Source: Dehalococcoidia bacterium
GTDB lineage: Bacteria > Chloroflexota > Dehalococcoidia > SHYB01
DNA: 64,000 nt
Assembly: GCA_034421515.1 (NCBI GenBank)
Contig: DAOUKH010000003.1
Location: forward strand, 29,691 to 93,690
Direction: 5' to 3'
The translations under genes and the position numbers were made by a program. This document shows, one piece after another, positions 28,626 to 38,553 of this stretch (the stretch's first letter is position 1; each line of letters starts with the position of its first letter). The notes beneath the pieces were generated by a model. That model ran no database searches. It was given only the letters and a program-made list of their open reading frames with translations, and was not told the origin of the DNA.

Positions 28626-30284
28626 ATGACCACGAGACGGAAGGCCGAGGCCGATTGGCGCGAAAAGACCTACGACCCGGCGGTGAAGCGCTTCGGGGAG
28701 CGTAAGGAGTTCGCGAGCACGTCGGGCTATCCCATCGAGCCGGTCTACGGCCCCGACGGCGAGGCGAACGGCGGCTACGACGAGGACGTCGGCTACCCCG
28801 GCCAGTACCCCTACACGCGTGGCGTCCAGCCGACGATGTACCGCGGCCGGCTGTGGACCATGCGCCAATACGCCGGCTTCGCCTCCGCCGAGGAGTCGAA
28901 CCGGCGCTACCGCTACCTGCTGGAGCAGGGCCAGACGGGCCTGAGCGTCGCATTCGACCTCCCCACGCAGACCGGCTACGACTCCGACGCCGAGATGGCG
29001 CGCGGCGAGGTGGGCAAGGTCGGCGTCCCCATTTGCAGCCTGGCCGACATGGAGACCCTGTTCGACGAGATCCCTCTGGACAAGGTCACCACGTCGATGA
29101 CGATCAACGCGACGGCCCCGATCCTGCTCGCCCTCTATATCGCCGTCGCGAAGAAGCAGGGCGTGCCCGCCGAGAAGCTGGGCGGCACCGTGCAGAACGA
29201 CATCCTGAAGGAGTACATCGCGCGGGGCACCTACATCTTCCCGCCGAAGCCCTCGCTGCGACTGATCACCGACGTCTTCAAGTACTGCTCGGAGCGCGTG
29301 CCGCAGTGGAACACGATCAGCATCAGCGGCTACCACATGAGCGAGGCCGGCGCGACGGCGGCGCAGGAGCTCGCCTTCACCATCGCCAACGGCATCGCCT
29401 ACGTCGACGCGGCCCTGGAATCGGGCCTCGACATCGACGCCTTCGCGCCGCGCCTCTCCTTCTTCTTCGTGGCGCAGAAGAACTTCTTCGAGGAGGTCGC
29501 CAAGTACCGCGCCGCGCGCCGGCTCTGGGCACGGCTGATGAAGGAGCGTTACGGGGCGAAGAACCCGCGCTCCTGGCCGCTGCGCTTCCACACCCAGACC
29601 GCCGGCGTCAGCCTGACCGCGCAGCAGGTGGAGAACAACGTCGTGCGCACCACGGTGCAGGCGCTCGCCGCCGTGCTCGGCGGCACGCAGTCGCTGCATA
29701 CCAACTCGATGGACGAGGCGCTGGCCCTGCCCACCGATAAGGCGGTCACCATCGCGCTGCGCACGCAGCAGATCCTCGCCGAGGAGTGCGGCGTCGCCGA
29801 CACCGTCGACCCGCTGGCCGGCTCGTACTACGTCGAGCACCTCACCGACACCGTCGAGGAGAAGGCGAACGAGTACCTGCAGGCCATCGAGGACATGGGC
29901 GGAGCGCTGGCCGCGATCGACCGCGGCTACATCCAGCGCGAGATCCAGGAATCGGCCTATCAGCACCAGAAGAGCATCGAGGCGGGCGACACCGTCATCG
30001 TCGGCGTGAACCGCTACGTCACCGAGGACAAGGACACCCGCGACATCCTGCGCATCGACCAGGAAGCGGCGGAGCGGCAGCTCGCCCGGCTCAACCAGGT
30101 GCGGTCGCAGCGCGACCCCGCCACCGCCGAGGCCGCACTTCAGAAGGTGCGCGCCATGGCCCGGGGCTCGGACAACGCCATGCCGGTGCTCGTCGAGGCC
30201 GTCGAGAACTACGTGACGCTTGGCGAGATCTGCGACGCCCTGCGCGAAGAGTGGGGCGTCTACCGGGAGGCGATCGTCTTCTAG
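28626..30284 (+). CDS. methylmalonyl-CoA mutase family, catalytic (large) subunit without the B12-binding domain
   Basis: 552 aa; TIM-barrel catalytic domain signatures (YPYTRGV..., [18 protein letters not shown]); ends before the cobalamin-binding domain. Confidence 0.85.
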   Translation: MTTRRKAEADWREKTYDPAVKRFGERKEFASTSGYPIEPVYGPDGEANGGYDEDVGYPGQYPYTRGVQPTMYRGRLWTMRQYAGFASAEESNRRYRYLLEQGQTGLSVAFDLPTQTGYDSDAEMARGEVGKVGVPICSLADMETLFDEIPLDKVTTSMTINATAPILLALYIAVAKKQGVPAEKLGGTVQNDILKEYIARGTYIFPPKPSLRLITDVFKYCSERVPQWNTISISGYHMSEAGATAAQELAFTIANGIAYVDAALESGLDIDAFAPRLSFFFVAQKNFFEEVAKYRAARRLWARLMKERYGAKNPRSWPLRFHTQTAGVSLTAQQVENNVVRTTVQALAAVLGGTQSLHTNSMDEALALPTDKAVTIALRTQQILAEECGVADTVDPLAGSYYVEHLTDTVEEKANEYLQAIEDMGGALAAIDRGYIQREIQESAYQHQKSIEAGDTVIVGVNRYVTEDKDTRDILRIDQEAAERQLARLNQVRSQRDPATAEAALQKVRAMARGSDNAMPVLVEAVENYVTLGEICDALREEWGVYREAIVF

Positions 30285-30295
30285 CCGCGCCGCCT

Positions 30296-30736
30296 ATGAC
30301 CACCGAGACGACATGGCCGACGCGCATCGCGGCCGAGAGCACGCAAGAGGGGATTATCGCCGTGCTCCGGCTGTTCGGCTTGGAGGAAGTGGCTGACCGC
30401 TTGGACTATCTTCGCGGTCTCATAGCTGACGACCCCGACGAGCCGCCGATGCATGTCGAGTCGCTGCGAGCAATGTCCCTCTTCCTCATGGGCGAACGGC
30501 AACTTCCCGAGCCGGAGATAGGAATCACCCCAGACGGCCTTATGCAGACCGAGTGGCGGACTCCGTCCAACGGCATCTTGGCCATGGAGTTCCTGCCTTC
30601 CGGCCTGGTCCGGTTCGCGGCCATCTCCTCCCCGGCCCAGCAAGGAGTCGACCGGCTGAGCCTCAACGGCACACTGCCGAAGGACGAGGCTTTGGCCGCC
30701 CTCCGGCCTTTCACCGCGCTGCTGCCTTCCACGTGA
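30296..30736 (+). CDS. hypothetical protein (146 aa)
   Basis: ATG at 30296 just after the mutase stop; no family recognised. Confidence 0.35.
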   Translation: MTTETTWPTRIAAESTQEGIIAVLRLFGLEEVADRLDYLRGLIADDPDEPPMHVESLRAMSLFLMGERQLPEPEIGITPDGLMQTEWRTPSNGILAMEFLPSGLVRFAAISSPAQQGVDRLSLNGTLPKDEALAALRPFTALLPST

Positions 30737-31164
30737 ACGGCGACCCTCTCCCCGAGGACGACCACGTCTCTCGCTACTGCAAGCCGACAAGCGTGGACCG
30801 GCAGGGGCTCCCCATGGCCGCCGCCTTCAGACTTCGGCAGGGCGAGGAATACCTCTCCGTCAACTGGGTTGAGTACTTGGGCGCGCCGGACCTTCCCGCC
30901 GCCGTCGAACGGATTCGCGACGTGTTCCGCCGGAAGAACTATGCCCTGCGAGCGAATGGGCGGTTCGCGCTGCTACAGGTCGGCGACGCTAAGACAGCCG
31001 TCCACGAAGGTGTCGGCTATGCTCTTCGCTTTGACCACCTGCCCCTCGACAACGATCAGTCCTATACCGGCGTCTTCGGGTACACTGCGGACGACTTAGC
31101 GGTGGCCGCGGAGCTTGCGGTGCTCGTCGCACCCCAGGATGTACACCATGCCGTGGCAGTTTGA
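30733..31164 (+). CDS. hypothetical protein (about 143 aa), GTG start overlapping the upstream stop (GTGA)
   Basis: VNGDPLPEDDHVSRYCKPTS...AAFRLRQGEEYLSVNWVEY...; forms a two-gene unit with 30296..30736. Confidence 0.3.
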   Translation: MNGDPLPEDDHVSRYCKPTSVDRQGLPMAAAFRLRQGEEYLSVNWVEYLGAPDLPAAVERIRDVFRRKNYALRANGRFALLQVGDAKTAVHEGVGYALRFDHLPLDNDQSYTGVFGYTADDLAVAAELAVLVAPQDVHHAVAV

Positions 31165-31210
31165 TTCGGCTGTGAGCCTGATCGGCGCGATGTTGAACAA
31201 GGAGGCCGCC

Positions 31211-31690
31211 ATGCCGAAACTCTCGTCCCTGGGCCATGTCGGTCTCTACGTCCGCGACCTGGGCCGCATGCGCGACTTCTACACCCGCGTGCTCGGCCTT
31301 CAGGTGACGGATGAGAGCGCCGAGCGCCGCATGGTCTTCCTCTCCTCGCGGCCCGACGAGGAGCACCACGAGGTGCTGCTGATCGAGCGCCGGGACGACG
31401 CCGGCGGGCCGGGACCGTCGCTACTCCAGCAGGTCGCCTTCCACGTGGAGAGCCTCGACGAGTTGCGCGGTTTCAAGCGGACGTTCGAAGACGAGGGCGT
31501 CGAGATCACCCAGACGGTCACCCACGGGAACACGGCGAGCATCTACTTCAAGGACCCCGAGGGCAACGTCCTCGAAGCCTACCACACCGTCGCCCCGACC
31601 TGGCCCCAGCCCCTCTCCGTCCCCATCGACCTCGACGTTGACGACGCGTCGGTCCTCCGCCAGATCGAGGAGGCCAAGCGGGCGGGATAA
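31211..31690 (+). CDS. VOC (glyoxalase/bleomycin resistance/extradiol dioxygenase) family protein
   Basis: LGHVGLYVRDLGRMRDFYTRVLG... and second-half motifs. Confidence 0.75.
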   Translation: MPKLSSLGHVGLYVRDLGRMRDFYTRVLGLQVTDESAERRMVFLSSRPDEEHHEVLLIERRDDAGGPGPSLLQQVAFHVESLDELRGFKRTFEDEGVEITQTVTHGNTASIYFKDPEGNVLEAYHTVAPTWPQPLSVPIDLDVDDASVLRQIEEAKRAG

Positions 31691-31700
31691 CGGGAGCACC

Positions 31701-32852
31701 ATGCAGTTCACCTACTCCGAGTCCGATCAGCTGCTCCGACGCGCCATCCGCGACTTCTCGGTGCGCGAGCTCGAGCCCGGGGCACGGGAGCGCGATGCGG
31801 CGGAGTCGTTCGACGCCGCGCTCTACCGCAAGGTCGGCGACCTCGGGCTGGCCGGCCTCGGCATCGCCCCTGAGCGCGACGGTGGGGGCGGCGGCCTGCT
31901 TCAGACAGCCATCGCCGTCGAGGAACTGGCCCGCTCCGATCCCAGCATGAGCTTGACCTTGCTCGCCAGCCTCTCGCTCGCCACCATCGGCATCGAACGG
32001 TTCGGCACCGACGCTCAGAAGGAGAAGTACGTCCCGCCCCTTGCGCGGGGCGAGGCCATCGGCGCCTTCTGCCTCACTGAGCCCAACGCGGGCAGCGACG
32101 CCGCCGCCGGCAGCACCCACGCCGCGGCCAAGGACGGCGGCCTTGTCCTCAACGGGGCGAAGACCTACATCACCAACGGCGACGTGGCCGATACGCTCCT
32201 CGTCTTCGCCACCGCCCAGCCCGGATCGCGGGCCAAGGGCGTGGTCAGCGTGATCGTGGAGGCGGGGACGCCGGGCCTCGAAGTCCGCAAGCAGCACGGC
32301 AAGCTGGGCATGCGCGCCTCCACCACCTCGGACGTCTACTTCGACGACGTCTTCGTACCCGGCGAGAACCTCGTGGCCCCCGCGGGCGACGGCTTCAAAG
32401 TCGCCATGCAGATCCTCGACGCCAGCCGCCCCATCATCGGGGCGCAGGCCGTGGGCATCGCCCAGGGCGCCTTCGACCTCGCCTTAAAGCACGTGAACCA
32501 GCGGGAGCAGTTCGGCCAGACCATCGCCGGCTTCCAGGGCGTGCAGTGGATGCTCGCCGACATGGCAACCCAGATCGAAGCGGCCCGCCTGCTGACCTAC
32601 CAAGCCGCCTCACTCCACGACGACGGCCTGCCCTTTAGCAAGCAAGCCTCGATGGCCAAGCTCTTCGCCAGCGAGACGGCCACGCGGGTCGCCGACATGG
32701 CGCTCCAGCTCCACGGCGGCATCGGCTACTTCAAGGAGAGCCCCGTCGAGCGCTACTACCGCGACGCCAAGGTCACCGAGATCTACGAGGGCACGTCGCA
32801 GATCCAGCGCCTCGTCATCTCCCGCCACGTCCTCGCCGAAGCCGGCCGCTAG
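31701..32852 (+). CDS. acyl-CoA dehydrogenase (short/medium-chain type)
   Basis: 383 aa; full ACAD domain layout; C-terminal YEGTSQIQRLVIS motif. Confidence 0.85.
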   Translation: MQFTYSESDQLLRRAIRDFSVRELEPGARERDAAESFDAALYRKVGDLGLAGLGIAPERDGGGGGLLQTAIAVEELARSDPSMSLTLLASLSLATIGIERFGTDAQKEKYVPPLARGEAIGAFCLTEPNAGSDAAAGSTHAAAKDGGLVLNGAKTYITNGDVADTLLVFATAQPGSRAKGVVSVIVEAGTPGLEVRKQHGKLGMRASTTSDVYFDDVFVPGENLVAPAGDGFKVAMQILDASRPIIGAQAVGIAQGAFDLALKHVNQREQFGQTIAGFQGVQWMLADMATQIEAARLLTYQAASLHDDGLPFSKQASMAKLFASETATRVADMALQLHGGIGYFKESPVERYYRDAKVTEIYEGTSQIQRLVISRHVLAEAGR

Positions 32853-32885
32853 CTGCAGGGGCTACTTTGGTACCATGACTACCGG

Positions 32886-33071
32886 ATGGAAACCAACCGG
32901 CAACAGGTTGTCAGACGGCTGGAGCGAGAGGGCTGGCGGTTGCGCCGCCACGGCAGAGGGCACGACATCTTCAGCCATCCCGACCGCACGGTCAGCATCC
33001 AGATTCCACGTCACAGGGATTTGGCGATTGGCACGGCCAGAGCCATAGCCCGACGAGCCGGTTGGATTTAG
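32886..33071 (+). CDS. hicA: HicA-family toxin
   Basis: 61 aa; ...VVRRLEREGWRLRRHGRGHDIFSHPDRTVSIQIPRH... Confidence 0.7.
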   Translation: METNRQQVVRRLEREGWRLRRHGRGHDIFSHPDRTVSIQIPRHRDLAIGTARAIARRAGWI

Positions 33072-33107
33072 GATGGGCGGAGTCTCCTCGACTCTGGAGG
33101 TGAAGGC

Positions 33108-33362
33108 ATGAAACGCTATCCGGGTCTCGTGGAATACGACGCGAAGGTGGGCGCCTACGGGGTGGTCTTCCCAGACCTTCCGGGCTGTTGCGCGATGGGG
33201 GAGACGTTGGAGGAACTCTACGAAAACGCGGAGGAGGCCCTGCGAGACTTCGTCGAGGTCATGATCGAGGATGGCCTGGACGTTCCCGAACCAGGTCCAT
33301 TCCACTGCCTTATCAGCGTCCCGCTAGCGAATCGTGATGCTGTGGAACCTGCCGCCTTATAG
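33108..33362 (+). CDS. hicB: HicB-family antitoxin
   Basis: 84 aa; YPGLVEYDAKVGAYGVVFPDLPGCCAMGETLEELYENAEEALRDF. Confidence 0.7.
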   Translation: MKRYPGLVEYDAKVGAYGVVFPDLPGCCAMGETLEELYENAEEALRDFVEVMIEDGLDVPEPGPFHCLISVPLANRDAVEPAAL

Positions 33363-33423
33363 GCGGCGACCGTACGGCCACGTTTCCTGTCGATCCGCTA
33401 TGCGTGGCCCCTGACTACTCCCC

Positions 33424-34524
33424 CTACAGCCCGTAAAGACCCCGCGCGTTCGACGAGACGAGCATCTCGACCTCGTCGTCGGGCACGCCCTCGAAGTCCT
33501 TCTGGATGGCCTCCATCGAATGCGGCCACGTGCTGTCGCTGTGCGGGTAGTCGTTCGACCACATGATGTTGCCGATCCCGATGGTGTGGCGCTCGCGCAC
33601 GCCGACCGGGTCCTCGATGAAGGTGCCGTAGACCTGGCGGCGGAAGTAAGCGCTGGGCATGTCGCCGATGTCCAGGTTCTGCCAGTGGCGGTGCCGCTCG
33701 TAGACGTTGTCCATCCACGGCACCATGAACGCCATCCAGCCGACGCCGCTCTCGACCGAGACGATCTTCAACTTGGGATGGCGGCGCAGCGCGCCGGAGT
33801 AGATCAGCGAGGTGATCGGCTCGGCCATCATCGCCTTGTTGCACACGATGGAGGCGAAGAGATTCTGGTTGAGGCCCGGCGTCAGCGGGTGCGCGCCGAG
33901 GTGCATGTGCGCCGGCATGTCGAGGTCGACCAGGGCCTCCCAGAGTGAGTCCCACCACGGGTGGGTGTAATTCTTGTCGGCGGGCGCCGACCACGGCCCC
34001 TCGATGTTGGGGATCGCGGGGATGAGGACGCCCTTCAGCCCCTTGTCGCGGGCCCGCTTCGCTTCCGCTGCGGCAAGCTCGGCGTCCCACGTGGGGATCT
34101 CGGCGATGCCGATGAGGCGGTCGGGAGCCACGGCGCAGAAGTCGGCCAGCCAGTCGTTGTAGGCCCGCATCAGGGCGAACCGGAGCGGCCGGTCGGCGGT
34201 CTTGAAGGTAAGCACCCCGCCGAAGAGGACCTCGGCGTCGACGTTGTCGACGTCCTGATCGACGATGCGCGCCGCCGCGTCGAAGCCGCCGCGCCGCCCG
34301 TCCTCGAAGCTCTTCGAGTCGGACTCGTAGTCCTCGTATTTGCGGCCCGCGACGGTGGAGATCAGCGAGTGCTTGGTCTCCTCGCCCTCGAAGATCATCA
34401 CTTCGTATTCGCCCCGGATCTCCGTGCGGGGAGCCTTGTCGCGGAACTCGGGGTCGGTGTACTCCTGCCACATCGAGGGGAGAGGGTTCACGTGCGAGTC
34501 CGCGGAAATGATCTTGTACGCCAT
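33424..34524 (-). CDS. amidohydrolase-2 family protein (ACMSD-like metal-dependent hydrolase/decarboxylase)
   Basis: IISADSHV N-terminus and conserved His/Asp positions (HMHLG..., ...SNDYPHSD). Confidence 0.8.
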   Translation of the reverse strand: MAYKIISADSHVNPLPSMWQEYTDPEFRDKAPRTEIRGEYEVMIFEGEETKHSLISTVAGRKYEDYESDSKSFEDGRRGGFDAAARIVDQDVDNVDAEVLFGGVLTFKTADRPLRFALMRAYNDWLADFCAVAPDRLIGIAEIPTWDAELAAAEAKRARDKGLKGVLIPAIPNIEGPWSAPADKNYTHPWWDSLWEALVDLDMPAHMHLGAHPLTPGLNQNLFASIVCNKAMMAEPITSLIYSGALRRHPKLKIVSVESGVGWMAFMVPWMDNVYERHRHWQNLDIGDMPSAYFRRQVYGTFIEDPVGVRERHTIGIGNIMWSNDYPHSDSTWPHSMEAIQKDFEGVPDDEVEMLVSSNARGLYGL

Positions 34525-34619
34525 GCCGGTTGCCGCCTTTCTCTCGTCTTGCCCGCCGGCCCTGGGCCGCGGCGCCCAAAAGCCTACCACGCCGCGCCGT
34601 TCGCTGCGCGGCCCCTCCC

Positions 34620-34680
34620 TCCCATGTAGGGGCAACCCTTGTGGTTGCCCGGGGCGGTCTCCGGGGCTCCCTAGACCGCG
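34620..34680. repeat. partial copy of the gtaggggcaacccttgtggttgccc hairpin module
   Basis: catgtaggggcaacccttgtggttgcccggggcggtctccggggctccc between two convergent genes. Confidence 0.55.
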
Positions 34681-35828
34681 TCGTAAAGCGCCTGGAGAAT
34701 CCGGCTTCGCCGCGGGTCGTCGCCCAAGCCCGCCAGGTACTGGTTCGGCGCGTAGCCGAAGCCGATGCGGGCCTCGGGGTCGGCGAAACCAAGGGAGCCG
34801 CCGTAGCCCGCGTGCCCGAACGCACGAAGACTAGGACCGAGGTTGGGCGGACGGTTGAGCTGGAAGCCGAGGCCGAACCGCATCTCTCCGCCCAGCGTCG
34901 CCTCGACGCCGTCCGAGCGCTCGACGGTGGCCCGGTCGATGGCCTCCTGGCTCAGGACGTGGACACCGTCGAGCTCGCCCCCCTCGGCCAGGGCGGCGTA
35001 CATGCGCGCCGCGGCGCGCGCGGTGGTGTGGCCGTTGGCGGCCGGAATCTCGGCGGCGCGCCACTCCCGCGTGTTCAGACTGCGGAAGGTGCCGGGCGGG
35101 TTCCCGATCGCCTTGCCTCCCAACGATTCAGGGTCGGGTCGAACGGCGTTGGGGTCGAACGGGGGCGAGAGGACCTGGGCGACGCGCCCGTCGTGCTTGG
35201 CCCCGAAGCCGATCAACCAGTCGAGGCCCAACGGCCCGGCGACCTCCTCGCGGAAGTACGTCCCCAGGCTGCGCCCGTCGATGCGCCGCACCAGCTCGCC
35301 GACGAGCCAGCCGAAAGTGAAGGCGTGGTAGCCGAACATCGTCCCCGGCTCCCACCATGGTTCGGCCCTGGCCAGGGCCGCCGTCATCGCCTCCCAGTCG
35401 AAGAGCGCCTCGGCGGGCAGCGACTCGCGCACGGCGGCGAGGCCGGACCGGTGACTCAGCACCATGTGGACGGGGATTGAGCCCTTGCCGGCTTGGGCGA
35501 ACTCGGGCCAGTAGCGGGCCACCGGCGCGTCGAAGTCGAGCTTGCCCGCGTCGGCGAGCCGGTGGGCGCAGAGCGACGCCGCGCCCTTCGTCGTGGACAT
35601 CACGCAGACGATGGTGTCGCGCTCCCAGGGGCGCGACCGCTGCTTGTCGGCGTAGCCACCCCAGAGGTCGACGACGGGCTCGCCTTCAAGGTAGACGGCG
35701 AGGGCCGCGCCGCACTCGGCGACCTCGCCGGAGCCGGACCGTGGCCGGTTAAAATTGGCGGCGAAGGCGTCGGCGACTGCGAGAAAGCGCGCGTCGACGT
35801 GGCCGTGGACCGGGACGTTGTCGCCCAT
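34671..35828 (-). CDS. serine hydrolase, beta-lactamase/esterase family
   Basis: S-x-x-K active site (MSTTKGAAS); roughly 385 aa class C-like fold. Confidence 0.8.
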   Translation of the reverse strand: MGDNVPVHGHVDARFLAVADAFAANFNRPRSGSGEVAECGAALAVYLEGEPVVDLWGGYADKQRSRPWERDTIVCVMSTTKGAASLCAHRLADAGKLDFDAPVARYWPEFAQAGKGSIPVHMVLSHRSGLAAVRESLPAEALFDWEAMTAALARAEPWWEPGTMFGYHAFTFGWLVGELVRRIDGRSLGTYFREEVAGPLGLDWLIGFGAKHDGRVAQVLSPPFDPNAVRPDPESLGGKAIGNPPGTFRSLNTREWRAAEIPAANGHTTARAAARMYAALAEGGELDGVHVLSQEAIDRATVERSDGVEATLGGEMRFGLGFQLNRPPNLGPSLRAFGHAGYGGSLGFADPEARIGFGYAPNQYLAGLGDDPRRSRILQALYDAV

Positions 35829-35833
35829 GTCGG

Positions 35834-36283
35834 CTATGACGGTAGCCCGCCGGGCCTCGTGCCCGTCGTCCACGACGCCTGCTCGATCCGCTCGGTGATG
35901 CGCCAGCCGGCCTCGGTGCGCGCGAGCTTGTCGTTGTAGTACCCGCCGACAAAGAAGACCTGCATCTCGCCCTCCTCGTCCTGCCAGCCCATGGGGTTGA
36001 AGAACATGGTGCGCGTCGTGGCGCGGTCGCCGCCAATCTCGAACTCCGTGTTGCTGACGAGGTGCTGCGTCATGACGAACATGGCGAGCACCTCGGAGAG
36101 CCACTGCTTCATCTCCGCGCGATTGCCCCGTACGTCGGGCATCGAGGAGCTGTAGTCGATCAGGGCATCCTCGGTGAAGACGTCGTCGAGCAGGTCGAAC
36201 TGCTTCGAGTCGATGGCGGTGCAGTAGCGGGTGAGCAGCCCGCTGATTTCGACACGGTCGGCAACTTCCTGGGCGTCGAGCAT
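35834..36283 (-). CDS. nuclear transport factor 2 (SnoaL-like) family protein
   Basis: 149 aa; ...LLTRYCTAIDSKQFDLL... NTF2-like pattern. Confidence 0.6.
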   Translation of the reverse strand: MLDAQEVADRVEISGLLTRYCTAIDSKQFDLLDDVFTEDALIDYSSSMPDVRGNRAEMKQWLSEVLAMFVMTQHLVSNTEFEIGGDRATTRTMFFNPMGWQDEEGEMQVFFVGGYYNDKLARTEAGWRITERIEQASWTTGTRPGGLPS

Positions 36284-36335
36284 GGCGTTCCCTCCCTAGG
36301 CGCGTCGGCCACGGTACCCGCTTTCGCCCGCCGCG

Positions 36336-37571
36336 TCACCCCTCGACGCGGTCTTTATCCTCCGTCTCGTCAGCGGCCCCGGTGCCCTCCGCCAGCGCGG
36401 CCGTGTCGGGGCGGGCCAACAGGATTGCCGCGATTGCCAGCGCCGGCAGGGCCGCCATCGCGATGATCGCGATGCGGAAGCTGTCGAACAGACCCTCAAG
36501 CGCGGCGAGCGGCAGCGGGCCGAGCGCCGCCGCGGAAATCATGATCATCACCGCCGAGCCCTGTATCCGACCCAGCCGATGGCGTCCATAGAAGTGGGCC
36601 CACATCACGCCCATCACGACCTGCGAAATGCCGGCCGACGCCCCGAGCAGCGCCGCGTAGCCGGCCGCGGCCGCCGGCGACGCCATGAACAGGCCCATGG
36701 TCACCGCCGCCGCCATCACGGTCATGCCCAGCGCGAAGATCCGCTGCGGGCCGATGCGCTCGATGAGCAGGCCGCCGGTGGAGGCCCCCATCGCCGAGGC
36801 GATGGCGAAGGCCACGAAGACCGCGGCCGCGACGTCCTCGCTGAGACCGCGCTCCTTGAAAATGGCGGTCTGGTGGAAGATCAGGCCGGTGATCACGAAG
36901 GCGGGGACGGCGAGTGGCAGAGCGAGCCGCCAGAAGGTGGGCGAGGTGAAGACCGGCCGCCGGTCGGGACCCTCACTCCGTTCCTCCGGCGGCGTTTCTC
37001 CGGCGGGCGGGGCGCCCGCGCCGTCGGGGTGCAGCCCGACCTCCTCGGGCGTGTTGCGGACGAAGAGCAGGGTGGCGGGAATCACCAGGAGCCACACCGC
37101 GATGCCGAGCACGAAGTAGGTGTCCCGCCAGCCGATGCTCTCGATGAGCGCGCGCGACACCGGCGGGAACACCGCATTCGAGGCGGAGAAGCCGAGCGAC
37201 ATGAGCGCGAAGGCCCGGCCCCGCATCACCACGAACCACTGCGCCACGAGCAGCGTCGGGTTCACGAACATCGAACCCTGCCCCAGCGCACGCAGCGCGG
37301 CGAGCGCGAAGAAGAAGCCCACGATCCCCGATGACAGCGCCATCCCGAAGCACGCCGACCCCAGCGCGGCCGCCACCAGCGCCAGGATGCGTCGTGGGCC
37401 GAAGCGGTCGGAGAGGCGGCTGACCATCGCCGCCATCAACGCGCTCACGCCCGTGCTGATGCCGTACAGCACCGAGATCGTCGTGCGCGAGATGCCGGTG
37501 TCTTCGATGATCGGGTCGATGAACGAGGAGACCCCGAACGACTGTCCCGGCCCTGAGCTGAACGCCACCAC
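36336..37571 (-). CDS. MFS transporter
   Basis: About 12 TM helices and MFS loop motifs; N-terminus may start further upstream. Confidence 0.75.
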   Translation of the reverse strand: MVAFSSGPGQSFGVSSFIDPIIEDTGISRTTISVLYGISTGVSALMAAMVSRLSDRFGPRRILALVAAALGSACFGMALSSGIVGFFFALAALRALGQGSMFVNPTLLVAQWFVVMRGRAFALMSLGFSASNAVFPPVSRALIESIGWRDTYFVLGIAVWLLVIPATLLFVRNTPEEVGLHPDGAGAPPAGETPPEERSEGPDRRPVFTSPTFWRLALPLAVPAFVITGLIFHQTAIFKERGLSEDVAAAVFVAFAIASAMGASTGGLLIERIGPQRIFALGMTVMAAAVTMGLFMASPAAAAGYAALLGASAGISQVVMGVMWAHFYGRHRLGRIQGSAVMIMISAAALGPLPLAALEGLFDSFRIAIIAMAALPALAIAAILLARPDTAALAEGTGAADETEDKDRVEG

Positions 37572-37852
37572 GAAGCCGACGGCGACGATGATCCAGCCAC
37601 GGTAGAGCTTGGGGCGCGCGATCCGCCGCCCGGCCCGGCGAGACCGGGGTGAGCGCTGAGTGGACTTGAACGGCTTGGGCAGGGCGGCTTCTCTCGGCGC
37701 GGCGGGCGTGAAGGCGCACGGTTACGATACCAGACCGATCCTTGGCACTGTCAGACGATGCTACGCCGCGAAGCAGCGAATATGTACAGACTATTGCTCT
37801 ATTATGTACTTCTAATGTACAGTAGAGCCAACACATAGGGAAGCGCTGGGGC

Positions 37853-38170
37853 TTGAAGTACCGTACCGTCATCACTTCACGGGCTGGAGAGGGCCTTCGC
37901 GGTGTCAGAGACCTTCGTGAGCAACGCAGAGTCTACCGGCGGGCGCTGGACCTGGAGGCCGAGCCACTCAAACAGGGGAAGCCACTCACGGGCGGTCTCC
38001 TAGGGTACCGGAGCATTCGTGCAGGGCAGCGTCATCGCATCCTCTACACCGTCGACGAAGGGGAGCGCGCAGTCGTCGTCGTATTGATCGGGACACGAAA
38101 GGAGGGCGACAAGGGAGATGTGTACAGAATCGCGGAACGGCTCTCCAGGCTGGGCCTTCTATCACCTTGA
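37853..38170 (+). CDS. RelE/ParE-family toxin
   Basis: ...YRSIRAGQRHRILYTVDEGERAVVVVLIGTRKEGDKGDVY C-terminal RelE signature. Confidence 0.7.
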   Translation: MKYRTVITSRAGEGLRGVRDLREQRRVYRRALDLEAEPLKQGKPLTGGLLGYRSIRAGQRHRILYTVDEGERAVVVVLIGTRKEGDKGDVYRIAERLSRLGLLSP

Positions 38171-38251
38171 ATCGTGTCGTTACCTACCCACTAGTCTCGG
38201 GTGACATGATTGGTCACCGCCCTCGAATGGGCACACGAAAAGGGAAACAAC

Positions 38252-38548
38252 ATGACAACAGATCAACTAAACAGGAAGACGGAGCGGGTCAGCATAACGA
38301 ACGCCAGGAACTCCCTGACCAAGCTGCCGGAGAAGCTTGAGCAAGACCCCGCAATCATCGAAGTGACGCGGCAGAACATCCCGGTCCTCGCCATCCTCAA
38401 TTGGGACGACTGGGAGGCGATTGTAGAGACGCTCGAGATACTGGCCGACCCGGAAGCGATGGAGCAGCTTCGTCAGTCCATCGCCGACATCGAAGCCGGC
38501 CGCGTCCAGGACCTGCGGGAGTTGGGCAAGGAGCTTGGACTCGATTAG
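38252..38548 (+). CDS. Phd/YefM-family antitoxin
   Basis: ...ITNARNSLTKL...EVTRQNIPVLAILNWDDWEAIVETLEILADPEAMEQLRQS; located downstream of the toxin. Confidence 0.7.
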   Translation: MTTDQLNRKTERVSITNARNSLTKLPEKLEQDPAIIEVTRQNIPVLAILNWDDWEAIVETLEILADPEAMEQLRQSIADIEAGRVQDLRELGKELGLD

Positions 38549-38553
38549 CCCGA

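Noticed and set aside
28460-28626. Searched for a cobalamin riboswitch upstream of the mutase gene
   Set aside because: No B12-box (GCCACUG-like) or conserved riboswitch core was recognisable in the 166-nt leader.
27393-29966. 857-aa minus-strand ORF spanning the methylmalonyl-CoA mutase gene
   Set aside because: Only the first 355 aa (27393-28460, O-methyltransferase) are a real gene. The rest is antisense shadow of the plus-strand mutase gene, as is typical in 70% GC DNA. The same reasoning rejects other long Arg/Pro/Gly-rich shadow ORFs: 1390-2475, 3032-4774, 4086-5735 upstream part, 6332-7765, 7483-8913, 9368-10765, 19108-20961, 22953-24662, 25031-26449, 41191-42036, 42850-45606, 51578-53005, 53039-55855, 61497-62729.
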